A stretch of DNA of 64,000 bases from Bacteroidota bacterium (GCA_035390885.1 DAOOUW010000005.1:1913-65912); one strand, 5' to 3'; positions 38,570 through 48,290 are shown, numbered from the stretch's first letter. Notes: generated by a model not told the origin, from the sequence alone. A program made the numbers and translations.

Positions 38570-39193
38570 ATGGATATAAATTATATTCACTGGCTTGGTC
38601 ATTCATCGTTTCGGATTGAAGACAGCACGGTTCAGATATACATTGATCCGTGGAAGCTAGCAGCATCGGCGCCGAAGGCGGATATTATTTTTATTACTCA
38701 CGGTCACTATGACCATTTTTCGAAAGATGATATCGCCATGATTCAGAAACCCTCGACAATAATTGTAGCTCCATCTGATGTAGCGGCGCAGGTGAAAGGA
38801 AACGTTGTTGCGGTAGAGCCTGGAAAAGACTACGTTGTTGGTAAATTAAAAGTTCACACAGTACCAGCATACAACATCAACAAGAATTTCCATCCGAAAG
38901 CAAATCGTTGGGTTGGATATGTCATTACGCTGACGAGCGGACAGAAGATTTACCATGCCGGCGATACCGATGCAATTCCTGAGATGAAATCCCTTGTTGT
39001 TGATGTCGCGTTGATGCCGTGCGGCGGCACATACACAATGACTGCAGAGGAAATGGCACAAGCGGCAAATTCGTTCATGCCAAAAGTACTCATTCCGATG
39101 CACTATGGCGATGTTGTTGGTTCAAATATAAATGCAGAAACAGTGAAGAAGATTTTCAAAGGAACAACAGTAATTAAAGCAGTGGAAAAGTAA
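38570..39193 (+). CDS. MBL-fold metallo-hydrolase
   Basis: ORF 38519..39193. ATG 38570 follows AGGAGG. Motifs: ITHGHYDH and YHAGDTD. Confidence 0.75.
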   Translation: MDINYIHWLGHSSFRIEDSTVQIYIDPWKLAASAPKADIIFITHGHYDHFSKDDIAMIQKPSTIIVAPSDVAAQVKGNVVAVEPGKDYVVGKLKVHTVPAYNINKNFHPKANRWVGYVITLTSGQKIYHAGDTDAIPEMKSLVVDVALMPCGGTYTMTAEEMAQAANSFMPKVLIPMHYGDVVGSNINAETVKKIFKGTTVIKAVEK

Positions 39194-39217
39194 ATTCTGG
39201 AAATCAGCAATGTCGTT

Positions 39218-40888
39218 ATGAAGCAAACTTTTAGAGCAAAATGTTCTAAATACATATCGTTCCTTCTTGCAGTTGTACTACTTTTGGGGATAGTTTATTA
39301 CCAATACACAAGAATGCATGAGAACACAGATCATCATCTTGTCTATGCGCTCGACGATACCTATATCCATATGGCAATGGCAAAGAATCTTGCTAAGCAT
39401 GGCGTCTATGGCGTAACGAAGTATGAATTTTCATCTTCCTCATCTTCTCCTGTCTGGACGTTGCTGCTTTCTCTGTTTTATGTCATAGTTGGCGTTAATG
39501 AATGGCTGCCGTTGGTATTGAATATTCTCATTGCAATAATGGTTTTATATGTAATGTATAAAATTCTTATATCCAACAACGTCAACCAGTTCGTTATAGC
39601 AATCATTTTAATTGTGGCGATATTTATTATTCCCATGAGCGCTCTTGTTTTTGTAGGAATGGAGCATTTACTCCATGCATTGCTAACCCTCGTTTACGTC
39701 TGCCTTCTCACCTATTTGATAAAAAAGCCAAATAGAAGACAGCTCATTTTATTATATATCCTTACGCCAATTTTGGTAATGACCCGGATGGAAGGATATT
39801 TTATAGTAGCGGGCGCTATAATTGTATGCGCCATTTTTAAAAAATGGAAAGAAGGATTGGTTGTTTTATTGTTGTCATTGATTCCGCTTTTGGTTTACCA
39901 GTACATTTCGATAAAGCAGGGATGGCAATGGTTGCCAAACTCGATTATCATTCGCTCAGAAGGATCTCTATTAAATGATATTGATACGCATAATACTGTA
40001 TTACCTTATGTGCCGGCATCATGGCTGAATTTATACTACGGTATTCTCTGGAATGTTGAGTCTTATACATATCTTGTTAAAATTGTGTTAATAGACGTTT
40101 TGATCGGGATTTCAATACTTTTGCAGGGAAAGACATTTAAGAATGATAATTTAATAATGCTATTTGTATTTGCGGTTGCGACCGTATGCCACCTAATGTT
40201 GGGGAAATTTGGTTTTTTCTATCGGTATGAAGCTTACATAGTAACTCTATCGATTTTTATGTTTGGAATGATGCTTGAGCCGTATTTCAAAATTGTAAGA
40301 AATAATTTTAAGAAATTGTCTCAGATTATAATATTATTATTGATTATTAAATTTATGATAGACGCTAAAGACGGAATAATAAATCGTATCAATGGATCGA
40401 TGAGAACAACTCCTCTGGCGTGCAAGAATATATATGAACAACAATTTCAAATGGCTAAATTTGTAAAGTTCTATTATCCAAAATCTACAATTGCAATAAA
40501 TGATATAGGAGCTATTACTTTTTTCAACGATGATATAAGAATTATTGATATTGTTGGTTTAGCGGACAAAGATGTATTTAATCTATTAATGGCTAATAAC
40601 TATAATGCAGAGACCTTACATCAGTTATGTCAGAAAAGAGGCGCGGATATTGCAATGATGTACGAAAGTTGGGCGCCCTTATGCGGATTTAAGAATATTC
40701 CAAAGGAATGGAATAAAGTTTGCGATTGGAGGTGGACATACAAAATTGTATGTGCGGATAATGTTGTCTCATTTTTTGCAATAGACAGGATGGAGAAAAA
40801 TGAGATGAGACAAAAGATGTCGGAATTTATGAAAGAGTTGCCACCTTCAGTTCAGGTTATGTTTACTGAGGAATTGTTAGTACGGTAA
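39218..40888 (+). CDS. Polytopic membrane protein, putative GT-C-fold glycosyltransferase
   Basis: 556 aa with >=10 hydrophobic segments. The first-loop motif YALDDTYIHMAMAKNLAKHGVYGV resembles the DD-x-[YF]-I...N-L-x-x-G motif of uncharacterised GT-C enzymes (from memory). The C-terminal ~170 aa is soluble. Confidence 0.4.
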   Translation: MKQTFRAKCSKYISFLLAVVLLLGIVYYQYTRMHENTDHHLVYALDDTYIHMAMAKNLAKHGVYGVTKYEFSSSSSSPVWTLLLSLFYVIVGVNEWLPLVLNILIAIMVLYVMYKILISNNVNQFVIAIILIVAIFIIPMSALVFVGMEHLLHALLTLVYVCLLTYLIKKPNRRQLILLYILTPILVMTRMEGYFIVAGAIIVCAIFKKWKEGLVVLLLSLIPLLVYQYISIKQGWQWLPNSIIIRSEGSLLNDIDTHNTVLPYVPASWLNLYYGILWNVESYTYLVKIVLIDVLIGISILLQGKTFKNDNLIMLFVFAVATVCHLMLGKFGFFYRYEAYIVTLSIFMFGMMLEPYFKIVRNNFKKLSQIIILLLIIKFMIDAKDGIINRINGSMRTTPLACKNIYEQQFQMAKFVKFYYPKSTIAINDIGAITFFNDDIRIIDIVGLADKDVFNLLMANNYNAETLHQLCQKRGADIAMMYESWAPLCGFKNIPKEWNKVCDWRWTYKIVCADNVVSFFAIDRMEKNEMRQKMSEFMKELPPSVQVMFTEELLVR

Positions 40889-41032
40889 AATTTTGTAAAA
40901 AGATTTGCAAACATTATATTTTGGATAAGCGGTAGGTGGCTTGATATATTTGTTTTTAGAAATAATTTTGACACAGATTATGCTATAAAAGTAACCGTAA
41001 AGTTTAAGGTGAAGTAAAATAATAAAATAGAT

Positions 41033-41170
41033 GAAAGAAGAGAGAATCAAAATGGCGACTTCGATACAAGCTATCGCTCACCTCAGCCGCCGTCAGGAAA
41101 TCGGTTGCCGAGGTGCCGTAAGGCGTATCGGGGGAACGGTCTTTGCAAGTTTCTAAGGTGTAATTTGGGT
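41033..41170 (+). repeat. R1 intergenic repeat, copy D
   Basis: gaaagaagagagaatcaaaatGGCGACttcgatacaagctatcgctcacctcaGCCGCCgtcaggaaatcggttgccgaggtgccgtaaggcgtatcgggggaacggtctttgcaagtttctaaggtgtaatttgggt. Confidence 0.8.
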
Positions 41171-41212
41171 TTAATATAGCGGTGTAATTTGTCTCTTAAC
41201 TTGGATTCTTTG

Positions 41213-41932
41213 ATGGCCACATTAGTTTCTATAATTATTCCGGTTTATAATGAAGTAAATTTTATTGAAGAAACTTTACAAGAAGTTTCATTGGTTCGAT
41301 TAGACTCGCTTAATTTAGAAAAAGAGATCATTGTAGTTGATGATAGCTCTACTGATGGTACGTATGAAAAATTATTGCAATTAAAAGACAAATATCCTAT
41401 TGTGATCCTTAGGCATGAACATAATCTTGGGAAAGGGGCTGCATTACATACAGGTTTTAAACATTCAAAAGGAGAAATAATTATTATTCAAGACGCTGAT
41501 CTTGAATATTCTCCTGAAGAATATCCAAACCTTCTTGAGCCAATTATTCATGGGAGGGCAGATGTTGTATATGGATCCCGTTTTGTATCTTCTCAGGCTA
41601 AGCGGGTTCTTTATTTTTGGCATTCTGTAGGGAATAAATTTCTAACTGTATTGTGTAATATGGTTACTGATTTGAATCTTTCTGACATGGAAACAGGATA
41701 TAAAGTCTTTAAGAGTTCTATAATTAAAAGTTTGACTCTCAAAGAAAAACGATATGGATTTGAGCCCGAAATAACAGCTAAAATTTCAAAATTAGCTCGT
41801 CAAGGGAAATGCCGAATTTATGAAGTTGGTATTTCTTACAATGGTCGTTCATACTCTGAGGGTAAAAAAATTACCTGGATTGATGGAATAAGTGCCCTAC
41901 GTTGCATCATTAAATATTCACTTTGGGATTAA
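41213..41932 (+). CDS. GT2 family glycosyltransferase (polyprenyl-phosphate sugar synthase type, ArnC/GtrB/Dpm1-like)
   Basis: ORF 41189..41932 starts at TTG; ATG 41213 gives the typical N-terminus MATLVSIIIPVYNE. Motifs: IIVVDDSSTDGT, GKGAALHTGF, IIIQDADLEYSPEE, VVYGSRF. Confidence 0.8.
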   Translation: MATLVSIIIPVYNEVNFIEETLQEVSLVRLDSLNLEKEIIVVDDSSTDGTYEKLLQLKDKYPIVILRHEHNLGKGAALHTGFKHSKGEIIIIQDADLEYSPEEYPNLLEPIIHGRADVVYGSRFVSSQAKRVLYFWHSVGNKFLTVLCNMVTDLNLSDMETGYKVFKSSIIKSLTLKEKRYGFEPEITAKISKLARQGKCRIYEVGISYNGRSYSEGKKITWIDGISALRCIIKYSLWD

Positions 41933-41939
41933 AGATATA

Positions 41940-42653
41940 ATGGAAATCGATGTGGTAGGATATCGGACATTGGAAACATTTAGTAAAGCCACTAAATTTA
42001 ATAAATGGCTGTATTCGAAATTTTCAAATTATGTTGGGCAAAGAGTTTTAGAGATAGGTTCGGGAATAGGAAATTTAACTGTCTGTATAAATTCTAAAGA
42101 AATCTACGCTACAGATTATTCAGACTATTATATAGAAATATTAAAACAAAGATTTATCGAAAAACATAATATTACAGTTCAGAAGTTGGATGCTAGGAGG
42201 GAAAAAGATTTTAGATCGTTAAAGGCCTATGGTACTTTCGATACCGTGATTTGTTGTAATGTACTTGAGCATATAAAAGAAGATGATATGGTTATACAAA
42301 ATTTTAACGATTCGCTTGTTGAGCAAGGGAACTTAATATTGCTCGTTCCTTTTTCACAATGGTTATATTGTAATTATGATCGTAATTTAGGACATTGTCG
42401 TAGATATTATAGAAAAGATTGCATAAATCTTCTTACAGCGCATAATTTTGTTTTGGAGAGGATATTCCTCTTTAACTTTTTCGGAGGAGCTGGATGGCTA
42501 GTATTTGGGAAATTACTAAGACAAGAACATATTGGAAGTTCCTTAATGGGTGTATATGATAAATGTGTCCCTGTTTTTTCATTGATAGAGAAATACGGTA
42601 CTCCATTTGGAGCTTCGATTATTTGTATTGCAAAAAAATCTAAAAAAACATAG
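41940..42653 (+). CDS. Class I SAM-dependent methyltransferase
   Basis: ORF 41892..42653; ATG 41940 lies just after the GT2 stop. Motif I is VLEIGSGIGNLT, and a later motif is DTVICCNVLEHI. Confidence 0.75.
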   Translation: MEIDVVGYRTLETFSKATKFNKWLYSKFSNYVGQRVLEIGSGIGNLTVCINSKEIYATDYSDYYIEILKQRFIEKHNITVQKLDARREKDFRSLKAYGTFDTVICCNVLEHIKEDDMVIQNFNDSLVEQGNLILLVPFSQWLYCNYDRNLGHCRRYYRKDCINLLTAHNFVLERIFLFNFFGGAGWLVFGKLLRQEHIGSSLMGVYDKCVPVFSLIEKYGTPFGASIICIAKKSKKT

Positions 42654-42678
42654 AATATTAGTATTAGAAGGATAACAA

Positions 42679-44385
42679 ATGGGGAAGAAGAATCAAATCG
42701 GGCTAATTCTTGTAGGATTGATGTTGTGTGTTTTGTATGAGGTAATAGTATACTCAACGAATAATTTTGCAATTCCAACAGATTACTTTTCCCGGCATAT
42801 TTTGTACTGGTTTCATTTAAATGAAATTCAATCATATGTTTGGAAAACGTTCTTATTATTGCCGTTAATTTTTTTGGTTTCTATTTTAGTAACGCGTAAA
42901 AAAATTAATCTCGATTTTACGTTAGATAAATTTCATCCGTTCATATTAGGTGCTTTTGTTGTTATTTCTATGTTATTATTAATCCTTTCTATAAAATTTG
43001 TTTTCCATGGGACAGAAATTACCGATGATGAAAATACATTCGATTTTCAGGCTCTGACATTATGTGAAAACAAATTGGTGAATTCTCCTCCTCCAACTGT
43101 TGGAAATTTTCGAAATATATTTATGATCAACAATGGTGCAAAATGGATAGGTTTGTACACAGTGGGGCATCCGTTAATCATTGCCGGTGGTATATTATTG
43201 GGGAATCGATATTTGTTAACAATCGTTCTAAGTATTTCGTTGATTATTATTATCTATCTAATTGGGAAAGAACTCTATGATAAAAAAACTGCCTTGGTAG
43301 CTTCATTAATAATTTTTACTTCTCCATTTTTTTACTTTATGTCTTCTACAAGATTAAGCCACACTTCATCAGCTTTTTTCCTCTCATTATCAATTCTTTT
43401 TTTCATTAAGGCTAGAAAGCATGAAAATATTCGGATGCAGCATGTGTTATTGTTTTTATCTGGTTTCTCAATAGGTTATGCCTTTAATATTCGACAATTA
43501 ACTGCGGTTTGTTTTTTCTTACCATTATTCATAGGGATGTTGTTTGAAGTTATTAAAATGCCTAAAGATATTTTTAAAATTTTTATTCCTTTTTGCATAG
43601 GAGGCGGAATCCCGTTTTTTTTTACTCTTTGGTACAATGTAACTATTACAGACAACCCGATTCTTTTCCCAATATCTTTTTATGACCCACTAATCCATTA
43701 TGGTTTTGGCGCTTATGGCCATAATGCTTTGTTGGGTTTTCAAAACATGTTGCTAAATTTATTAAGATTAAATATATGGTTCATGGGAATACCAATCAGT
43801 TTGTTGTATGTATTTTTAATGCTATTTGCTCCACAAAAGAAGGAAGATAAATTTCTATTTTCTATTATCGCCTGTACATTTATTGGTTATTTCTTTTATT
43901 ATTTTCCAGGGATAGGGGACGTTGGGCCTGTTTATTATTATGAGACAATAATTCCTTTATCTTTACTAAGTGCAAGAGGCATATTTTATTTAAAAGATCA
44001 TTTACCATTTACGCTGGAGAAATCAAAAACTTTTCTTACCGCTTTTATACTTGTGGGATTGATGGTCTCAGTCGGAACATTCTACAGTGAAAAGATTGCT
44101 CATATCCAGCGTCTGACTGATGCAATTCAAAAGCCCTATAAAGTAATCGAAGATGCGCAGATTCAAAATGCAATTGTTTTTATGAAAGATATTCCTCCTC
44201 GTGGTTGGGTTCGAGGTTTACGCAATCCATCGCCAACGCTTGATGATGATGTCCTTATTTGTCTCTATGCGGATTCATTGTCCAACCATCAGCTTGTGAG
44301 TCATTTTCCAAATCGAGTTCCGTACATTGAATACTACGACTCGGACAAAAAGCAGTATATTCTTGAACCGTTTGAGTCCAGATAG
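42679..44385 (+). CDS. GT-C fold membrane glycosyltransferase (ArnT/PMT, GT39/GT83-like)
   Basis: 568 aa with ~12 hydrophobic segments. The first-loop acidic motif is EITDDENTFDFQA, and the architecture is PMT_2-like. It follows a GT2 polyprenyl-P-sugar synthase, as in ArnC/ArnT-type pairs. Confidence 0.6.
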   Translation: MGKKNQIGLILVGLMLCVLYEVIVYSTNNFAIPTDYFSRHILYWFHLNEIQSYVWKTFLLLPLIFLVSILVTRKKINLDFTLDKFHPFILGAFVVISMLLLILSIKFVFHGTEITDDENTFDFQALTLCENKLVNSPPPTVGNFRNIFMINNGAKWIGLYTVGHPLIIAGGILLGNRYLLTIVLSISLIIIIYLIGKELYDKKTALVASLIIFTSPFFYFMSSTRLSHTSSAFFLSLSILFFIKARKHENIRMQHVLLFLSGFSIGYAFNIRQLTAVCFFLPLFIGMLFEVIKMPKDIFKIFIPFCIGGGIPFFFTLWYNVTITDNPILFPISFYDPLIHYGFGAYGHNALLGFQNMLLNLLRLNIWFMGIPISLLYVFLMLFAPQKKEDKFLFSIIACTFIGYFFYYFPGIGDVGPVYYYETIIPLSLLSARGIFYLKDHLPFTLEKSKTFLTAFILVGLMVSVGTFYSEKIAHIQRLTDAIQKPYKVIEDAQIQNAIVFMKDIPPRGWVRGLRNPSPTLDDDVLICLYADSLSNHQLVSHFPNRVPYIEYYDSDKKQYILEPFESR

Positions 44386-44507
44386 AAATTTTGCAATAGA
44401 AAGCTAAAAAACAATTGCCTCGATACGCCTTACGTCTACTCGGCAACTGATTCTTAGACGGTGGGTGAGTAGAGCGAAAGTTCGTATCGAAGCCGTCGGT
44501 TTTTCTC
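44383..44507 (-). repeat. R1 intergenic repeat, copy E (reverse orientation; its tail overlaps the GT-C stop codon)
   Basis: The reverse complement reads gagaaaaaccGACGGcttcgatacgaactttcgctctactcacccaCCGTCtaagaatcagttgccgagtagacgtaaggcgtatcgaggcaattgttttttagctttctattgcaaaatttcta. Confidence 0.7.
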
Positions 44508-44574
44508 TAATTCATTAGAATTTTCATCGTTGAAGTTATTGCATATCGTGAGTTTTTTCGCTATAATTATTCAA

Positions 44575-44600
44575 CCCCACAAAAGCGTGGGGATTTTTTT
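44575..44600 (+). terminator. Rho-independent terminator-like hairpin just upstream of secG
   Basis: CCCCAC-aaaagc-GTGGGG-a-TTTTTTT. Confidence 0.6.
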
Positions 44601-44618
44601 CGTGATTAAGGAATGACT

Positions 44619-44963
44619 ATGTATACAGTATTGCTGATTATCGAAATCCTTGTTGCAATTTTGCTTATGATTGTTGTCCTTATGCAATCGAGCAAAGGCG
44701 GCGGATTAGCGGGAAGCTTTGGCGGCTCGAATTTAGGCTCAGTCTTTGGAGTTCGCCGAACATCAGATTTTTTGACGAAAGCAACACAGTGGCTTGCTGG
44801 AATTTTTATGGTTCTGGCAATTGTGATCAATCTTTGGTTTTTGCCGCGTGGCACAGCATCGCGTGAAAGCGTCATTCAATCAGGTCCACCGCCAGCAACA
44901 TCGTTGCCGCCCGTTCAGCAGTTGCCGTCAGGTTCGCCAGCTGGCAATGGTGCAGGAAAATAA
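44619..44963 (+). CDS. secG: Preprotein translocase subunit SecG
   Basis: ORF 44613..44963; the second ATG (44619) is better spaced from AAGGA. The sequence is MYTVLLIIEILVAILLMIVVLMQSSKGGGLAGSFGG with a second TM segment. Confidence 0.85.
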   Translation: MYTVLLIIEILVAILLMIVVLMQSSKGGGLAGSFGGSNLGSVFGVRRTSDFLTKATQWLAGIFMVLAIVINLWFLPRGTASRESVIQSGPPPATSLPPVQQLPSGSPAGNGAGK

Positions 44964-44973
44964 TTTTTGCTTT

Positions 44974-45046
44974 GCACCCATGGCTCAATTGGTAGAGCAA
45001 CTGACTCTTAATCAGTGGGTTCCAGGTTCGAGTCCTGGTGGGTGCA
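44974..45046 (+). tRNA. tRNA-Lys (anticodon CUU)
   Basis: Hand-folded. Acceptor GCACCCA/TGGGTGC; D arm GCTC-aattggta-GAGC; anticodon arm ACTGA-CTCTTAA-TCAGT; T arm CCAGG-TTCGAGT-CCTGG; discriminator A. Confidence 0.9.
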
Positions 45047-45096
45047 CGGAGTAATTTCATTTGAACATAAGAACGTATTTATCAAGGAGATGAACT

Positions 45097-45537
45097 TTGG
45101 AAACATCGCCAAAAACAAAATTCTTCAAATCTGAAGAAAGTGAAAAGAAGTGGTATGTCGTCGATGCTACAGGCCAAACGCTTGGACGACTTTCTTCTCA
45201 GGTTGCTAAATTGTTACGTGGTAAAAATAAACCGACATTTACTCCCAATGCAGATGTTGGCGATTATGTTATCGTTATCAATGCAGAAAAAATACAGCTA
45301 ACAGGAAAGCGTCCAGGACTTAAACAAATTTATCACAACACAGGTTACCCTGGTGGAGCAAAATTTGAGTCAATCAAAGAATTGCTTCAAACCCATCCTG
45401 AAAAAGTAATCGAGCACGCAGTGCACGGAATGTTGCCGCACAACCGTTTAGGAAAAAGACTTGGATTAAAATTGAAAGTCTATCGTGGCGCAACGCATCC
45501 CCACGCTGCTCAGAAGCCAGAACCAATTAAGTTTTAA
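45097..45537 (+). CDS. rplM: 50S ribosomal protein L13
   Basis: TTG start 6 nt after AAGGAGA. Motifs: KKWYVVDATGQTLGRLSSQVAKLLRGKNKPTFTPN..GDYVIVINAEKI. Confidence 0.9.
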   Translation: METSPKTKFFKSEESEKKWYVVDATGQTLGRLSSQVAKLLRGKNKPTFTPNADVGDYVIVINAEKIQLTGKRPGLKQIYHNTGYPGGAKFESIKELLQTHPEKVIEHAVHGMLPHNRLGKRLGLKLKVYRGATHPHAAQKPEPIKF

Positions 45538-45556
45538 GAGAAGGTAAAGAATATTT

Positions 45557-45943
45557 ATGCAAGCACGAATTTGTGTCGGACGACGGAAGAATGCAGTTAG
45601 CAGAGTCAAGTTAGTTGAAGGCTCTGGCAAAATTATTGTGAATGATCGTGATATCGAACAATATTTTCCAATCGAATTATTGCAGAGTGAAATCATGAAG
45701 CCGTTTCAGGTAACTGAGACGCTTGGAAGGTACGATGCTTATGTTCGGGTGGAAGGCGGCGGAATGTCCGGGCAGGCGGGCGCAGTTCAATTAGGAATTG
45801 CACGTGCGCTTGTTGCGGTCGATGAAGATTTTCGCACAACATTGCGGAATGCTGGACTTCTAACGCGAGATCCCCGAATGGTCGAGCGGAAAAAATACGG
45901 TCAGAAAAAAGCACGGAAACGATTTCAATTTTCAAAACGTTAA
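45557..45943 (+). CDS. rpsI: 30S ribosomal protein S9
   Basis: [21 protein letters not shown] and the C-terminus [25 protein letters not shown]. Confidence 0.95.
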   Translation: MQARICVGRRKNAVSRVKLVEGSGKIIVNDRDIEQYFPIELLQSEIMKPFQVTETLGRYDAYVRVEGGGMSGQAGAVQLGIARALVAVDEDFRTTLRNAGLLTRDPRMVERKKYGQKKARKRFQFSKR

Positions 45944-46077
45944 ATCACTTTCCGATATTGTTATCGGAACAATTATCAAGCATATTTCTGGATTCAACCG
46001 GCAGTGTTCCATTTGTTCTGTGAATGGAATCCGGAAGAAGATGAAGGGAATAGAAGAACAACTGAAAGGATTATATT

Positions 46078-46836
46078 ATGTCGCATGTAGAAATTGAAGC
46101 GCTCTTACAAGCGGGCGCTCACTTCGGTCACTTAACTCGCCGCTGGAATCCCAAAATGAAGCCATATATTTTTATGGAACGGAATGGGATTCACATCATA
46201 GATCTCAAAAAAACTCAGGAAGCGCTTGACGAAGCATGGAATGCCGTCTCGAATATTATCGCTGAAGGGAAAAAGGCGTTATTCGTTGGTACAAAACCAC
46301 AGGCGCGCGATGTTGTCAAAGAAGCGGCGTTACGTTGCGGCGCTTTCTATGTAACAGAGCGATGGCTCGGCGGTATGCTTACGAATTTTTCGACAATACG
46401 AAAAAGCGTAAAGCGATTAACGAATATTGAAAAGATGGAAATGGATGGAACATTCGACAACATTACAAAGAAAGAGCGTCTCTATTTGACGCGTGAACGC
46501 GATAAATTGCAACAGGTTCTTTCGGGTGTTGTGGAAATGTCGAAACTTCCGGGAGTCCTTTACATCGTCGATATTAAGAAAGAAGCAAATGCGGTTCGAG
46601 AAGCAAATCGCCTTGGAATTCCGATTGTTGCAATTGTCGATACGAATACCGATCCCGATCCCATCACTTATCCAATTCCAGCAAATGATGATGCGTTGAA
46701 ATCTATTCAGCTTATTACAAATCTTATTGCGGATGCAATTCTTGATGGAAATGAACGCGTATCTGCTCGGAAAGCGGCGGAAGCCGAAGAGCAGTCTATT
46801 ATAGCGGATGGAGTCAAACCGGAAATTCATGAATAA
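46078..46836 (+). CDS. rpsB: 30S ribosomal protein S2
   Basis: LLQAGAHFGHLTRRWNPKMKPYIF.ERNGIHIIDLKKT. Confidence 0.95.
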   Translation: MSHVEIEALLQAGAHFGHLTRRWNPKMKPYIFMERNGIHIIDLKKTQEALDEAWNAVSNIIAEGKKALFVGTKPQARDVVKEAALRCGAFYVTERWLGGMLTNFSTIRKSVKRLTNIEKMEMDGTFDNITKKERLYLTRERDKLQQVLSGVVEMSKLPGVLYIVDIKKEANAVREANRLGIPIVAIVDTNTDPDPITYPIPANDDALKSIQLITNLIADAILDGNERVSARKAAEAEEQSIIADGVKPEIHE

Positions 46837-46862
46837 AGAATAAGGAAGGAATGAATTAAATT

Positions 46863-47462
46863 ATGAGTAGTAGTATTTCGAGTGAAGTAGTAAAACAGTT
46901 ACGGGAAAAAACCGGCGCTGGAATGATGGATTGCAAGCGCGCTCTTGAAGAAACAAAAGGCGATATGGAAGCTGCAATTGAATTGCTTCGGAAGAAAGGA
47001 GCGGCAACTGCAGCAAAACGCGCTGATAAAGAAACGAATCAGGGTGTTGTCGAATCGTATATCCATGCTGGCGGTAGAATTGGCGCCTTAGTTGAGCTCA
47101 ACTGTGAAACCGATTTTGTCGCAAAGACTCCTGGTTTCAAACAACTTGCGCACGATATTGCAATGCAGATTACAGCAATGAATCCTCAGTACATTTCTCG
47201 TGAGAATGTCGATAAAGCGACAATTGAAAAGGAACTTGAGATTTATCGAGAGCAGGCAAAGATTGAGGGAAAGCCTGAGCAAGTAGCGGAGAAAATTGCT
47301 CTAGGCAGACTGGAGAAATTTTATCAGGAGTTTGTTTTGCTTGAACAAAGTTTCATTAAAGATTCCGGCAAGACAATTAAAGATGTGATCGATGAAGAAA
47401 TTGCCCGTGTTGGCGAGAAAATTTCTGTTCGTCGTTTTGTGCGATACCATTTAGGCGAGTAA
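46863..47462 (+). CDS. tsf: Elongation factor Ts (short form)
   Basis: VKQLREKTGAGMMDCKRALEETKGDMEAAIELLRKKG. Confidence 0.9.
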   Translation: MSSSISSEVVKQLREKTGAGMMDCKRALEETKGDMEAAIELLRKKGAATAAKRADKETNQGVVESYIHAGGRIGALVELNCETDFVAKTPGFKQLAHDIAMQITAMNPQYISRENVDKATIEKELEIYREQAKIEGKPEQVAEKIALGRLEKFYQEFVLLEQSFIKDSGKTIKDVIDEEIARVGEKISVRRFVRYHLGE

Positions 47463-47475
47463 ATACATAGTAAAC

Positions 47476-47501
47476 TCCCGGAGCAATTCGGGATTTTTTT
47501 T
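47476..47501 (+). terminator. Rho-independent terminator after tsf
   Basis: TCCCG-gagcaatt-CGGGA is followed by T8. Confidence 0.7.
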
Positions 47502-47524
47502 ATCCTGCTTGGAGGGAATACGAA

Positions 47525-48253
47525 ATGGCACAGCTTCGATACCGGAGGATTTTGCTGAAGTTGAGCGGTGAGGCGCTCATGGGCGAACTTGAATACGGAA
47601 TCGATCCTAAAATTCTAAAGCAATATGCTGAAGAAATTGCAAGCGCCCATGAACTTGGCGTAGAAATTGGCATTGTGATTGGCGGCGGAAATATCTATCG
47701 CGGAGTAGAAAATTCTTCGGATGGCATCGATAAAGTTACCGGAGATCATATGGGAATGCTTGCGACGGTAATCAACGCTCTTGCTCTTCAGAATGCGCTG
47801 GAGCGTCGTGGATTGCTCACCCGTTGCCTCACCGCAATCAATATGGAACGAATTGCTGAACCGTTCATTCGTCGGCGGGCAATTCGCCACCTCGAAAAAG
47901 GGAGAATCGTTATATTTGCGGCTGGCACGGGAAATCCTTATTTTACCACCGATACAGCGGCTGTTCTCCGTGCAATCGAAATCGAGGCGGATGTGATCTT
48001 AAAAGGAACGCGCGTTGATGGAGTCTATGATTCTGACCCAGAAAAGAATTCAAATGCGATTCATTTCCCTACAATTACCTATACAGATGTACTGAAGAAA
48101 AATTTGCGTGTGATGGATTTAACTGCAATTACGTTATCACAGGAAAACAAATTGCCCCTCATTGTGTTTAACATGAATGTGCCTGGAAATTTGAAGCGAG
48201 TTGTTATTGGCGAGCAAATTGGTTCACTTGTTAGTGAAATGCAAGCAAAGTAA
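47525..48253 (+). CDS. pyrH: UMP kinase
   Basis: [37 protein letters not shown]. Confidence 0.95.
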   Translation: MAQLRYRRILLKLSGEALMGELEYGIDPKILKQYAEEIASAHELGVEIGIVIGGGNIYRGVENSSDGIDKVTGDHMGMLATVINALALQNALERRGLLTRCLTAINMERIAEPFIRRRAIRHLEKGRIVIFAAGTGNPYFTTDTAAVLRAIEIEADVILKGTRVDGVYDSDPEKNSNAIHFPTITYTDVLKKNLRVMDLTAITLSQENKLPLIVFNMNVPGNLKRVVIGEQIGSLVSEMQAK

Positions 48254-48290
48254 TAATCACTTTCAACTCATAACAATTGATGGAAGGCTT

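Noticed and set aside
45944-46077. Possible rpsB autoregulatory leader structure (hairpins TTCCGATA-ttgt-TATCGGAA, TTCCATT..AATGGAA, GGATTC..GAATCC)
   Set aside because: Hairpins exist, but I cannot match them to the known S2-binding leader, which is defined in other phyla. The first hairpin may simply terminate rpsI. There is insufficient evidence for an RNA-element call.
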